In this document: positions 1-12,265 of the stretch, one piece after another
Position numbering within the stretch: position 1 is the stretch's first letter
How the letters are laid out: each line of letters starts with the position of its first letter
Origin: Octopus sinensis
Lineage: Eukaryota
Assembly: GCF_006345805.1 (NCBI RefSeq)
Contig: NC_043000.1
Coordinates: 110,856,001-110,920,000, forward strand
DNA: 64,000 nt
Reading direction: 5' to 3'
The notes under the pieces: generated by a model
Seen by the model: the letters and a program-made list of their open reading frames with translations, nothing else
Database searches by the model: none
Told to the model about the DNA's origin: nothing
Program-made: the position numbers and the translations under genes

Positions 1-532
1 AACAAACTTTACTTTCCCATCAAATCATTGTTCTTTCTGTTTAAGGCACACCACCCGCAGTTTTGAGGAGAGGGGTAGGCACCTTATATCAACCTTAGTA
101 CTTGGTTTATGTTCTAGTTTATTAACCCTGCAGGAATGAAAGGCAGAGTTGACCATAGCAGAATTTGAACTCAGGAAGGTCACTAAGTATTTTGTTTGAC
201 GCACTAAAGATTCTGTCAGCTCACTGCCTTTTTAATATATTCTTTCCAATTTCAGCCCAAGGCCAGTCATTTTGAAGGGATGCAATGTAAGGGAAGGAAA
301 TTTTAGCTGTCCTAGATACACCTGAACAGACTAAGACTAGTTGGTCATGGATAGACAGTCTTTAATCATAGGCTGCTCACTCAAGGTTGATGTGGGGTTA
401 ACCAACAACAGCACTTCCCCTGTGACAACCAGTCATTCGGCAACACATGGACATATTTAGCCACCATTCTGTGGCTTCATATGTTGTGTCTGAACACCAT
501 TCTTAATCATTTCAGTCTGTCTGAGATATATA

Positions 533-761
533 GGCGGAGAGCTGGCAGAATCGTTAGCACGCCGGGCGAAATGCGTAGCCGTATTTCGTCTGCTATTACG
601 TTCTGACTTCAAATTCTGCCGAGGTCGACTTTGCCTTTCATCCTTTCAGGGTCGATAAATTAGGTACCAGTTTTGCTCTGGGGTTGATGTAATCGACTTA
701 ATCCCTTTGTCTGTCCGTTTGTCCTCTCTATGTTTAGTCCCTTATGAGCAGTAAAGAAATA
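533..761 (+). mobile_element. tRNA-derived SINE, family A (full length)
   Basis: Head GGCGGAGAGCTGGCAGAATCG (A box-like) and GACTTCAAATTC (B box-like), then body CTTTGCCTTTCATCCTTTC..GGTCGAT and an A-rich end. Confidence 0.85.
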
Positions 762-786
762 GATATCTAGGTGTGGATAGAGGCAC

Positions 787-1170
787 AAGCATGGCTGTGT
801 GGTAAGAAGTTGGTATCCCTACCACATGGTTCTAGGTTCAGTCCCACTGTGTGGCATCTTGGGCAAGTGACTTCTGCTCAAGTCTCAGACCAACCAAAGC
901 TGTTTCAGTGGATTTAGTAGACGGAAACTGAAACGAGAAGCCCATCTCAGACACACACACACACACACGTGTGTGTGTCTTTGTGTCTGTGTTTGTCCTC
1001 CATCACTGCTTGACAACCGGTGTTGGTGTGTTTATGTCCCCATAACTTAGCAGTTCAGCAAAACTGACTGATAGAATAAGTACTAGACTTAAAAAGAAAG
1101 TCCTGGGGTTGATTCATTCTTCAAGGCAGTGCCCCAGCATGGCCACAGTCCAATGACTGAAACAAGGAAA
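787..1170 (+). mobile_element. tRNA-derived SINE, family B (CORE-like), with an internal microsatellite
   Basis: Head GGCTGTGTGGTAAGAAG...GGTTCAGTCCCACTG, then (A/T)CTTGGGCAAG resembling the start of the CORE domain; (CA)n(GT)n at 950-978; 3' part ends ACTGAAACAAG. The CORE assignment is inference. Confidence 0.8.
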
Positions 1171-1179
1171 ACATAAAAG

Positions 1180-1600
1180 ATGTGTATGTCTGAGTGTGCA
1201 TGCGTGTGTGTGTGTCTGCATGTATGTGTGTGTGTGCACATGGGTGTATGTGTGTGTATGTGCACATGCGCGTGTGTGTTTGTGTATGTATGCATGTGTC
1301 TGTGTGCATGTGTATGTCTGCGTGTGCATGCACGTGTGCGTCGGCATGTATGTGTGTGTATGTGCACATGTGTGTGTGTCTGCACGTGCATGTGTGTTTG
1401 TGTATGTGTGCATGTGTCTGTGTGTGCATGTGTGTGTATGTCTGCATGTGCATGCATGTGTGTGTCTGCATATATGTGTGTGTGCATATGTGTGTATGTG
1501 TGTGTGTGCACATGTGTGTATGTGTGTGTATGTCTGTGTATGCATGTGTGCATGTGCGTCTGTGTCTGTGTGCATATAACTGCAAGCGTGCTTAGATGCA
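1180..1600. repeat. Cryptic (TG)n/(TGCA)n/(TATG)n microsatellite
   Basis: Alternating purine-pyrimidine tract; similar tracts at 1790-2150, 11520-11660 and 49930-50250. Confidence 0.95.
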
Positions 1601-2816
1601 CATAAACACTGACATTTGTTTTGTTGGATGTTTTTCAGGATTGAAGGGAAATATATATTTGTCAAAAAAACATAAACATACACACATATAAATATTTTTA
1701 TATACACAATCTCACTCTGTGTATGTATATAAGTGTGTGTGTGAATAGATGGACAATTTGAGTCAGACTATCAATATGTGTGTGTGTGTGTTTGCAAAAC
1801 TCCACACCTGTGTATATGTTTGTATGTTTATGGTTGTATGTATATTTATATAAGTATTTTATGTATACATATATATGTTTAGGTGTGTGTGTGTGTAATT
1901 ATATATATATATATATATATTTGTGTATACAAATCTATGCACATCTATGTATATTTGTGTATACATATTATATGTACATGTATTTATGTGTGTTTGTATA
2001 TATAAGTATATATATATTTGTATGTACATGTATTTATGTGTGTGTGTTTATATAAGTATATATTTATATATATGTATGTGTGTGTGTATATATAAGTATA
2101 TATATATATATATATATGTATAAGTATATATATATATGTGTGTGTATACTTATATTATCTATTTACAAACCTCACCCTTGCAGACACTCACTCTTCGTCT
2201 CTCTCTCTCCGCCAGACATGTGACAGAGATTTTCTCCCACATACATCTTGATCTGAATGATTGATACCAAAGCTGATCTCCAATGACGTTTATAAGCAAT
2301 TCGCATTAGTTTTTAGCTCCAGACTCTCATTCCTCAGCTTCTTCCTAATGCAACTTTCACACAGAAACTTCCAGAAACTCTAATTCTGTGACAGTATTGA
2401 GTTTAATTACAATTCATTCAGGATCCTGTATCATCGTTCATATATCCTACCTGATATATTGAGATAATCTGGTTATATTCTCCCTGAGCCAATATATTTT
2501 CTTGTCTCAGCTGCTTTTCTTGGATTAACTCCGGATTAAGAGAACATGAAGACACCAAATTTGACAAGTTGACTTTAAATGTTACTTAAGTCAACATGTC
2601 TGACGGGAACTTAGTGCACCATTGTGTGTGGGGTTTGGGGTTGGAAGGGTTTACAAATACTCAAGGCACACTGTATGTCAGGTTTGTGCTCCTACGGCCC
2701 CTACAAGAACTTGAGGGCTCAAAAAGAAAAGCAGTTTTATGTATTTTTGTATATATGTTTATTGATGTGTGCATGTTTATCTATATTTATGATTGTATAT
2801 ATATACTTATGTGAGC

Positions 2817-2869
<53 letters not shown>

Positions 2870-3689
2870 GAGTAGATCTCCTTTGTTATTGTTTGGTTCG
2901 GGTTTAAAAGTTCCAAGTGGACTAAACCTTTCATATACCACCAAACAGATAACAACACATTACGTGGGGGAAGACCTTCTGTAGCCTGGAGTGATGCTGT
3001 TTCTCCTTTCCCTCCCACTGTCTTCAGCGCTTGATATTTTTATAGAGAACCCATTTCTCGTCACTAGTCTCTATTCGGTCCACAAGAAGTTCATGACAGC
3101 AAAGAAGAGCACCCATGCATTCTCTGTGTGTGATTAGACTCAGAAAGTTTGCGAGGAACCCATTGACCCAATTAGCTGACTTTTCTGATGGTGCACAGGT
3201 GTCAATGAACGGTTGAATGACCAAATCCAAGCTTCTCTGCTAGTTCCTCAACAGCTACAATGAGATTTTCTTCCACCAGGATTTGCAGGACATCCTTGTT
3301 GAGCTCTACAGATCTTCCAGGACAAGGCTCATCTTCTAGGCTGCAGCTTCCAGCTCATAATTTCTGGAACCACCATTGACACTGGCCTGTGCTTATTGTC
3401 TGATCCCCATCTACTGCATTAACATTCCTTGCACTTTCTGTTGCGTTGTTGCCTTTATTGAACTCATAAAGCAAAATATGTCGAATATGCCCCTTTGTCA
3501 CTTCCATTAAAGCTTTGAAAAAATAACTGTTAAAATCGGACTGCACTCTTCAAAACCAGCACTAAGAATAAGCGCAATGTAAAATTACTACCTGCTTTTA
3601 TAGCAAGTTGTTGAAGGTAGTTTATCCCATCCTCCTTCAACTTTTAGTTCATGTAATTGAAAAAAAAACATTATTTATGGGATGACCCA

Positions 3690-3692
<3 letters not shown>
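2870..3692 (-). mobile_element. Defective mariner (Tc1/mariner) transposon with a fragmented transposase
   Basis: ATG at 3507 gives MEVTKGHIRHILLYEFNKGNNATESARN...QCQWWFQK (HTH). Frameshifted segments give LEDEPCPGR, LGQWVPRKL (WVPHEL-like), DRIETSDEKWVLYKN (first catalytic Asp region) and VWWYMKGLVHLELLNPNQTITKEIY. There is a terminal sequence TACTGGGTCATCCCATAAATAATG next to TA, multiple stops, an internal deletion and no 3' end. Confidence 0.92.
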
Positions 3693-3728
<36 letters not shown>

Positions 3729-3827
3729 TAAAACGGTAAGATAACAAAAGAAAGAAAGAGACCTCAATATTATGTAAATAGAGGAAATTTATCTATAAAA
3801 TAATATGTTACATTACTCGATAGTCAA

Positions 3828-3888
3828 GATAAAACTCTGAGTTTCAGATGCCGAAGTGGAAATCCACAACGCCATCTCTTCGGTTATC
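3828..3888 (-). ncRNA. Hammerhead-like motif, variant core (CCGAAGA)
   Basis: Minus strand reads AGAUAA-CCGAAGA-GAUGGCG-UU-GUGG-AUUU-CCAC-UU-CGGCAUC-U-GAAA-CUC-A-GAG-UU^-UUAUCU. It has a 6-bp stem I, a long stem II, quasi-palindromic helix III ACUC-A-GAGU and a GUU triplet. It deviates by U4C and one extra U before GAAA. Confidence 0.6.
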
Positions 3889-3940
3889 TGGCTATTTGAA
3901 AACGCTATGAATATATATATATTTATTGTAAATTTACAAT

Positions 3941-4068
3941 ACATTTACAAGAATAATAGTCATAGTGACTTCGAAATTTTGGCCTACTTAGTATTCCTTG
4001 AACTGTCCACAATCCAAGGAAACAGGCCAAAACTTTAAAGTCGCTGTGATTACTATTCTTGTAAATGT
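3941..4068. repeat. ~128-bp imperfect palindrome (foldback)
   Basis: 45-bp arms ACATTTACAAGAATA...TTTTGGCCT / AGGCCAAAA...TATTCTTGTAAATGT with 7 mismatches, all transitions; inner TTCCTTG/CAAGGAA stem. Confidence 0.9.
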
Positions 4069-5989
4069 TATACTAAACAGGAACCCTGCGAAAAGTATTG
4101 TGTAATTCTTCAAAGACACAAAGATGCACACACACACACACACACATCATCATCAGTTAATGTTTTCCATGCTGGCATGAGTTGGATGGTTTGACAGGAA
4201 ATGGTAAGAAGTCTGGGAGCCGTACAAGGCTCCATTGTCTCTTTTGTATACCAACCACTTAACAGAGCATATTGGGTGCTTTTTAAGTGGCACATCACTG
4301 ACAGGCTTGGCAGGCTTCCATACAGTTTCTACCTACCAGATTTGCTCTCAAGGCATTGGTCGGTCCAGAGTTATAGTAGAAGGCCCTTCCCAATGTGCCA
4401 TCCAGTGGGGCTGAACCCGAGACCACATGTTTGCTAAGTGAGCTTCCTAGCCACACAGCCATACCTGTGCACATTTAGCGATTTAAGAGAAAATATCCAG
4501 ATTTTATGTTTATGGCCCTTAGTTTCCATAATTCCATTAGTCGGTTGGAAATGAGAAAGTTCAGTTTTATGAAAAGAAGAAAAAGAAAAAAAATAACAAT
4601 TTCAAATCTGAATTTGAATAATTCTTCTAACATCATAAACAGATGCTTTTTTGTAGCTGCTACCATTCCATTTTATTCCATTTTCCTATTTTATTTAGAT
4701 GTCGTTTATTTGTTTGCTTTATTTACTTTTCCAATTCCAACTGCCATTCTTCCAGTTCTAACTCATTTCTAACACATTGTGTCTGTGTTTCTGTTTTATT
4801 CCCCCCCCCCCAACTAAAATGTATTATTTTTACAAGACAATAATCGTGTCTTTCTTATTTGCTTCCATTTTGACGTTTGTTCTACATATTTCACCTCAGA
4901 CAGCCTGTGATTCACTCGCTTTAGTGGCCATGGAATAAATCTCACCCTCAGCATTTAACCACTAAGTTTTTTTCTTGTAAATAATTGTTTATCTACCATT
5001 GTGTGTGTATTTGGTGAATGTGATTCATGAGGTCAATTAATGAATTAATTCTGTATTCATTATCTTTTTTAGTCTGACATTTGACTTTTTGGGTTTGTCT
5101 TATGTCTTATACTTGTTTCAGTCATTAGACTGCGACCATACTGGGGCATCGTTTTGAAGGGTTCCCCCCGACACTAATTTTCTTTAAGCCATGTACTTAT
5201 TCTGTTGATCTCTTTCATTGAACAACCAAGTTTAAAAGGATGTAAATAAACCAACACCAGATGTCCAGTGGTAGGAGATAAATACAAATGCAAAGACATA
5301 TACACAGTCGCATCCCTACAATGCAGTCCTTGGACTCATTGGATCCGGTCAAATCATATGGGTTTCCCCACAGTTTCCACCAACCAAATTCACTTACATG
5401 GCATTGGTCAGCCCTGGACTGTTATAGATGACACTTGTCAAAGGTGCTGTGCAATAGGATTGAACCTGAAACCACTTGGGTGCAAAGCAAGTTTCTTAAC
5501 CACACAACCATACTGTGAAAAAGTAAAGAAAAGAGGTCAAAATCTTTGACAGATTCCCATGGAAGGCCTTGATACACTTAGACACCAAATTAGGTCCTTA
5601 TCAAGTGGACCCTAGGAAGAAAAGTATTCAAGAGATTCTAGCGTTGACAATCCTTATTTCTGATTCAATGTGTGTGAAATTTGAGAAAGATTTAGCTGCT
5701 ATGTTTCAGAGGTCAGGGGAAATTACTTAGAGGCCCCATTCATTAGGTCATTGACCTTGATATTGTTTTAGTCATCATCATCATCATCACTTGACTTGGC
5801 CCTTATTCTTATTCCACATTATTCATTAATTTTACCACCACCACCACTTTGCCATTGTGTGAACTAAGTAACAACAACAATAACTACAACAACATAACAC
5901 TACAGGGTGAGAGGGAGGAGGAGAAGGAGATGGAGATACAGTCTTAACTCTCCATCCCCACGGGCACTAGAGGCACTTTACACACACGT

Positions 5990-6023
<34 letters not shown>

Positions 6024-8324
6024 TAGTGTGAAATGCAAGCCAATAAGTACACGTTTTCTTAGTTCTGTTTGATCCCTCTCTCTCTCTCTCTCTCTCTCTA
6101 AACTTGTTTTCTGTCTGCCAACTTATCTGTCTGTCTGTCTGTCTCACTTTCTCTCTCTCTCCCTCCCTCTCACTTTGTCTTTTTGTGACTGTTCCTGTCT
6201 CTGTCAGCGATAATTTAGTCAATCATATTTTCTTCATACACTTACACACATGCATCCACACACACACACACTACAGCGTATATCATATTACATCTCTCTT
6301 TCACATGTCTTCTTCCCCATATTGTATAGAATTTCACATTATGTCCTCTCACCCAATTGTAAGTGGCGGTGGTGGTGGTTGATTGTTGTGATGGGTTGTA
6401 ATGATGATGGTGATCTTTTTAGTTTTTTGGTTGTTTTTTTTTGCTGTGGTAATGGCTTCAGTGGCAATAATCGGATGGTAATGGTTCTGGTGGTGGTGGT
6501 GGTGGTGGTGACAATAGTATTGTTAAAGATTGTCAGTGATGATGATGATGATGATGGTGTTACTAACACTGGTTGCTGTCATTGTGATGTTAATGGTGAT
6601 TGTGATGATAGTGGTTGCTTCGTTATTAATGTTTTTTTTTCTATTAGCCCCAGGCCAGGAGGGATCAAGTGGCACCTATGATAAAAGGCTCTCCACTTGT
6701 GACCACCCTATCTTTTTCATTCGTGCAGGGAACCTAGTTCATGTGATGCAGTGAGTCCTTTTCTAAGCTGGCACTTGGGGTATGATTTGAGGGCAGTTCT
6801 TGGCTATTTCTTGCAGGTCAAGCGACCACTTAAAGACTCCAATGTAGTCTTGTAGTGACTGTGATGATATTTAGAAGGGGCAGTCATTGTGATGGTGGCG
6901 GTGGGGAGTTGTTTGGTGGTGTTAGTCATGGTTGTACACTTCAACTCAGTATATGACAATAGATGGCAACATTTCAATGGAAATGTGTCTACTTATATAT
7001 ATGTGTGTGTTTGCGTGTGTGTGTATATATATATATACTTATGCATATATATAAATGTATATATGTTTATATGTATGTGTGTGTGTGTATATATATATCT
7101 GGTTTGCTAGCCCACAGTCAAACCGTCCAACCCATGCTAGCATGGAAAGTGGATGTTAAACGATGATGATGATGATGATATATGTAAATGTATATGCATA
7201 TATATATGTATGTGTTTATATATATGTATATATCTACATATGTGTGTGTGTATGTATGTATGCATATGTATAGAGAGGGAGAAAGACAGAGAGAGAGAGA
7301 GTGAGAGAGAGAGAAAGTGAATGTTATCTTTGAGTGTCTTACGTTTGTTTCTTCTGTGAAATCATTTGACCGACTTTTGGTGCATTTAGCGTCTTTATGA
7401 ATCGTTTCCTATTCATCTCTTTGAGGACAATTTTTTTTCTTTTTTTTATCTTAGAATCCTTTTATATTTTTCCTAGTTTCAGTCGTCACACTGTGGCCAT
7501 GCTGAAGCTCTATCTTCATGGGTTTTAGTCCCTCGAATCAACCCCAGTACTTATTTGACTTCTGTGACTGTTTTGGCAGGATTTTTACAGCTGGATGCCC
7601 TTCTTGACACCAACCACTCAGCAGAGTGGACTTAGTGCCTTTTACATGGTACAAGCACACGTGAGGTCAGTTTTGGCTAGGTTTTTACTGCTGGATACCC
7701 TTCCAAACACCAACCACTTTACAGTATGGACTGAGTACTTTTAAGTGACACCTGCACTGACAGGGTCTCCAACTACTTGCAACACAAAGACATTTAAGAG
7801 GGGAGGAGGCATTTATCTTTATCAAATTACAAATTGACTTTTTGATAAAGGGATATCACTTTATCTCCTTCCCAGCCACTTCCATCCACCCTTAAATAAT
7901 GCAGGGTAGCCATCTATCTTTATAGATAGACTCTTGCACTTGTCCCTCTATCATACTTAAACCTCTGAACTCCTGGCACAAAGCCCCCCCCCCCCGCCAA
8001 CTCTCAAATACTCCCCTCTCTTAGTTAAGGAGTCTTGTTCCCTTTTCTTGTTCTTTTAGTCTTGCATGTTACTCAGCCGCCTCACTAATGCTGGTGGCAC
8101 ACAAAAAAAGCACCCTGGGCACAATTTGTTCCAGTCCAGTCAGCTGAAAGAAAATGAGTTGTACCTGTATTTCCAAGGGCCAGCCTTGTCATGCTGAATC
8201 TACCTGAGAACCAATTATCTGTGGAGCGCTCAGCCACTTGCATATTAATTTTCCAAGCAGGCTGTTCCATTCATCGGATCCACTGGAAGACTCGTTGTCA
8301 TAACTGACGGATTGCCAGTTTTAT

Positions 8325-8750
8325 TGATAAAGGTCTCTATCTTCAGCCGTGTCTTCGTCCCTCTCCATGTCTCTATTCCACTAAAACAAAAAAAAAAAAG
8401 GACTTTACACAAGAGTTGAAGATAAGCAATTTCGTTTTTATGGTAATTTCTTTGGAATCCCAGATGTTCTTTAGAATGGTGAAGGGTGTTCTTTGGCTTT
8501 GCCCATTTTGAGATTTGTTTCCTTTCTCTCTTTATGTCACTTTGTCAATTATACTTCTGAGCTAATTAAAGCAGCCAGCCTCCTCTATGGACTCTCCCAT
8601 CTATTCTGAGTGGGTTGTTATTAAAAGTGTTTATCATCATCAGGTTGGTGTTCCCTTTGTTGATCCTGTCTGAAGGGTTGCAGCTGCCAGTCTGGTTGCC
8701 AAACATTGGGTCCTTTGAATTATTTGTGAATGACTTTTTAATTACTTCCA
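8325..8750 (-). mobile_element. RTE-clade LINE ORF2 (late RT / post-RT) relic
   Basis: Frameshifted peptides KGNTNLMMINTFNNNPLRIDG, FTILKNIWDSKEITIKTKLLIFNSCVKS and GIETWRGTKTRLKIETFIN match the RTE pattern (GKTK.M.IN...LKNIW.SK.I...TKLRIFNS.VKSVLLYG.ETW). Confidence 0.75.
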
Positions 8751-9373
8751 GACAACTCCTTTGATTGGAAGTGGGTCACATTGGATGGACACACACACAC
8801 ATGTGCACATGTATGTGCATGCACACAACACACACACACACACATACACGATGAGCTTCTTTTAGTTTCCATCTACCTAATCCACTGACAAGGCTTTGGT
8901 TGTGAGAAACTTTTGGTGAGCTACATTCCAAAATACCTGCTTTTAATGAAAATATTAGCTGTTTATTGAATTTATCCAGATTCTTCCTGATTTTCAAAAA
9001 TGAACTGAAGCACAGAAAGCAGTGTATTTCTTTGGAAACGGAATCATAAAAGAATCGATGTGGAGAAAAAAATTCTGAAAAAGTGTTTGGTACTTGACAT
9101 TTCTGTTCCCACCTGACAATCACCTACACAGCTTATACACAGAGGAGATTTACATCAGAAGGGGTTAACCCCATCTCTTTGATGAAGGTTTTACTCACCA
9201 TTTATTTATTTATTTGCTTTTCTGTTAGTGGTTAAGAAGTTTTACTTGCTGGCCATGTGATTTCAGGTTCAATCCTGTGATGTGGCATTTTGTACAAGTG
9301 TCCTCTGCTATAGTTGCAAGCTGACCAAAGCCTTGTCAGTGGAATTTGGTAGACAGAAAGTAAAAGGTCATAA

Positions 9374-9604
9374 GGCGGCAAGCTGGCAGAAACATTAGCG
9401 TGCTGGGCGAAATGCTTAGCAGTATTTCGTCTGCCATTATGTTCTGAGTTCAAATTCCACTGAGGTCGCCTTTGCCTTTCATCCTTTCGGGGTCGATTAA
9501 ATAAGTACTAATTACGCACTGGGGTCGATGTAATCGACTTAAACTCTTTGTCTGTCCTTGTTTGTCCCCTCTGTGTGTAGCCCCTTGTGGGTAGTAAAGA
9601 AATA
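9374..9604 (+). mobile_element. tRNA-derived SINE, family A
   Basis: Near-full-length match to 533-761. Confidence 0.85.
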
Positions 9605-10365
9605 AGAAAGTAAAAGGTCATCATATGTATATGTATGTAATTGTGTGTGTGTGAGGGTACATGACCAAGTAGTTAGGGTCTTGCACTCATTACTGCAAGA
9701 TTGTGGTTTCAATTCCTGCAAAAGATGTTGCATTGTTTCCTTGAGAAAAACACATCATCTCACATTGCTCTGCGATCACTTTGACAGCTGCCATGTGGCA
9801 CACCTGTGCACCTGTCCAGGTAATGTTGACTTGATGGAGGGACAGGTGAGCTAATGTACAGCACAGACGTTCGATCACTAGAAACCAATTACTTATGCAA
9901 GCTGTTCAGCAAGGAATTGCAGAACTGACACTCTCCGGCTACAACAGACTACCATCATGTATGCATGGCTCTGTGCTTGCATGCATATGCGCATGTCATC
10001 ATCATCATCATCGTTTAACCTCTGCCTTCCATGCTGGCATGGAATGGATGGTTTGACTGAGGACTGGCAAGCCAGGAGTCTGCACCAGGCCCCAAGGTTT
10101 CTACAGTTGGATGCCCTCTCTAACACCAACAACTCCAAGAGTGGGTGCTTTTTTTTGTGCCACCAGCACAGAAGCCAGTCAGGTGGCACTAGCATCAGTT
10201 ACATTCAACCTATGACATATGTGCTGTTGTTTTTCTCAGTTCTGAAAATCTTTGTTTTGCTTTGCACCTTCCAAGATACAAGAAATAAGAGACCCTCTGC
10301 TTGAAAAACAGGGTTTGAGACAATAAGGGCACCTGGCTATAAAACAATAACATATTTGTCTAACC

Positions 10366-10674
10366 CTGTGGTTCTCAGCTAGGGTCTACATGACCCTTGG
10401 GGAGCCATAAAAGATTTTGTTGTTAAAGTTTTTGTGCAATAAATTAGTTAAACATCTACAATACACAAAATCTTTTTAATGATTTATTTTCATACAATGC
10501 CTGATAATATTTAATTATACAAATATGATTGTAATTATGCAAATATAATATTTAATTAAAGAAATATAATAGGACCTTTTTAAAACATCAAATGGTTATG
10601 AGGGTCTGTCTGAGTGACAATAGTAATCAATAATCAAAGGGGTCCATAGGTAAAAATATGATTGAGAACCACTG
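10366..10674. mobile_element. hAT (Charlie-like) MITE
   Basis: TIRs CTGTGGTTCTCA...TGAGAACCACTG; 8-bp TSD GTCTAACC/ATCTAACC (7 of 8 match). Confidence 0.85.
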
Positions 10675-10719
10675 ATCTAACCCATGCAAGCATGGAAAAA
10701 CAGAAGTAAATGAAAGAAT

Positions 10720-10755
<36 letters not shown>

Positions 10756-11319
10756 TCTTTATTCACCATAAGGTTGAGAAAAGGAGGGGATGATACAAGG
10801 ACAGACAAAACAAACATTGGGGTCAGGGTATTGAATGAAACTAAATGTATGAATAAACAAACAATTAAAATATATACAATTAAATGTGAATGAGCGATTT
10901 ACAAAAAACGAAGCGGAGGACGCAGTCGACCCCACAAACAGTACAAGATAATCTTTAGCATCAAAGCCACGTAGTGCAATAAGAGAGTTATTAGTTACAG
11001 ACATACACACGGCAGATTTCAGCTCAGGTTCCTTCTATCAAATTCCATGCCAAAGATGCTGGTCAGCCTAGGGCCAGAGTGGTAGGCACTTGTCCGAGAT
11101 GCTGCAAACTGAGATTGAACCAGGAACCACATGAATACAAAGCAAGCTTCTTAACCATACAGCTAGGTATGTATGTGGGTGTGAGTGTATGTCAGTGTCT
11201 CTCCCTTTCTCTCTATTTCTGTATATGCATGCTGCTACTGCTACTACTACTGCTACCGCTGCTACATCTGCATGTATGTATAGTCCAGCCCATGCTAGCA
11301 TGGAAGATAGTTGTTAAAA

Positions 11320-11522
11320 GATGATGGTGGTGATGATGATGTTGGTGACGATGGTGATGATGATGATGATGATGATGGTGACAAGGGTGATGGTGATGTC
11401 GATCATGGTGATGATGATGGTGATGATGTTGATGTGATGATGATGATGATGATGATGATGACGACGATGCTGATGGTGGTGGTGGTGATGAAGAGGATAA
11501 TGATGGTGATGTTGATGATGAT
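11320..11522. repeat. (GAT/GGT)n trinucleotide array
   Basis: Direct observation; it extends a short RTE-type tail. Confidence 0.9.
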
Positions 11523-11991
11523 AGACACACACACGCATGTGCACACACACGCATGTGCACACACACGCATTGCACACATGAATGTGCACACACACATGCG
11601 CACACATGCATGTGCACACACACATGCATGTTCATACACTTGCACATATGTATATAGATATAAATAAATACCACTGTGTGTGTGTGTTGTATGCTTCTAT
11701 TTGTGCTGTGCTTAATAAACCGTATCAAAAATAGGTTGTAATATTTTACACTTCACTACACACTACAACAGACTCTGCTTCTGTAAGCTGCTGCTACTGC
11801 TGCTGTCTCTATTAATGTTCACTACACTATATACTATAGCCCATACTACTGTATTTGGTGGAATTTACTGTCCTATTTTCTGAGCTGCTCACCAACATTT
11901 AATATCATGTACCTATGTTAAGGCGACAACCACTGGTTGTTGGACTGACTAGAAATAGCAGTCAACTCTCCCCCAACTCTCCACTCTGCTG

Positions 11992-12265
11992 CAGTGGTTC
12001 TCCACTGGGGTCCACATGACCCCCGGGGGAGGGGTCCACATACGTTTTTGTGGTCAAAATTTATCTGCAATAAATTGTTTATATTTCTACAAAACACAAA
12101 ATATTTGAACAAATTTTTTTTTACAATTCCCAGTAATATTTAATTATAAAAAAAAAAATTGGATTTTATTAAGCATTGAATGGCTATGAGGGTCCAGTTG
12201 AGCAAAATAGAAATGAAAGGGGTCTCAAGGTAAAAAAAAAAGAGAAAAGTGTTTGGGAGCCACTG
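11992..12265. mobile_element. hAT (Charlie-like) MITE, same family
   Basis: TIRs CAGTGGTTCTCC...GGGAGCCACTG; TSD CTCTGCTG/CTCTACTG (7 of 8); internal GGGGTCCA motifs shared with 10366-10674. Confidence 0.85.

Larger units (their letters stand above)
3727..4110 (-). mobile_element. Putative Penelope-like/retrozyme module with a long hairpin and an HHR-like motif, abutting (TA)n
   Basis: Contains the 3941-4068 foldback and the 3828-3888 HHR-like motif; ends in the (TA)n run at 3691-3726. Confidence 0.4.

Noticed and set aside
533-640. tRNA genes at SINE heads
   Set aside because: Only A/B-box-like remnants, no complete cloverleaf; each continues into a SINE body.
2450-2530. Minus-strand frame LIQEKQLRQENILAQGEYNQIISIYQ with a CAG|gtagga donor
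   Set aside because: No convincing acceptor and no recognisable homology; open frames of this length are expected by chance.
8321-8380. Apparent terminal exon WNRDMERDEDTAEDRDLYQ* after a strong poly-T acceptor
   Set aside because: Another frame reads GIETWRGTKTRLKIETFIN, continuing the RTE ORF2 relic; the acceptor is an expanded T run inside the LINE.
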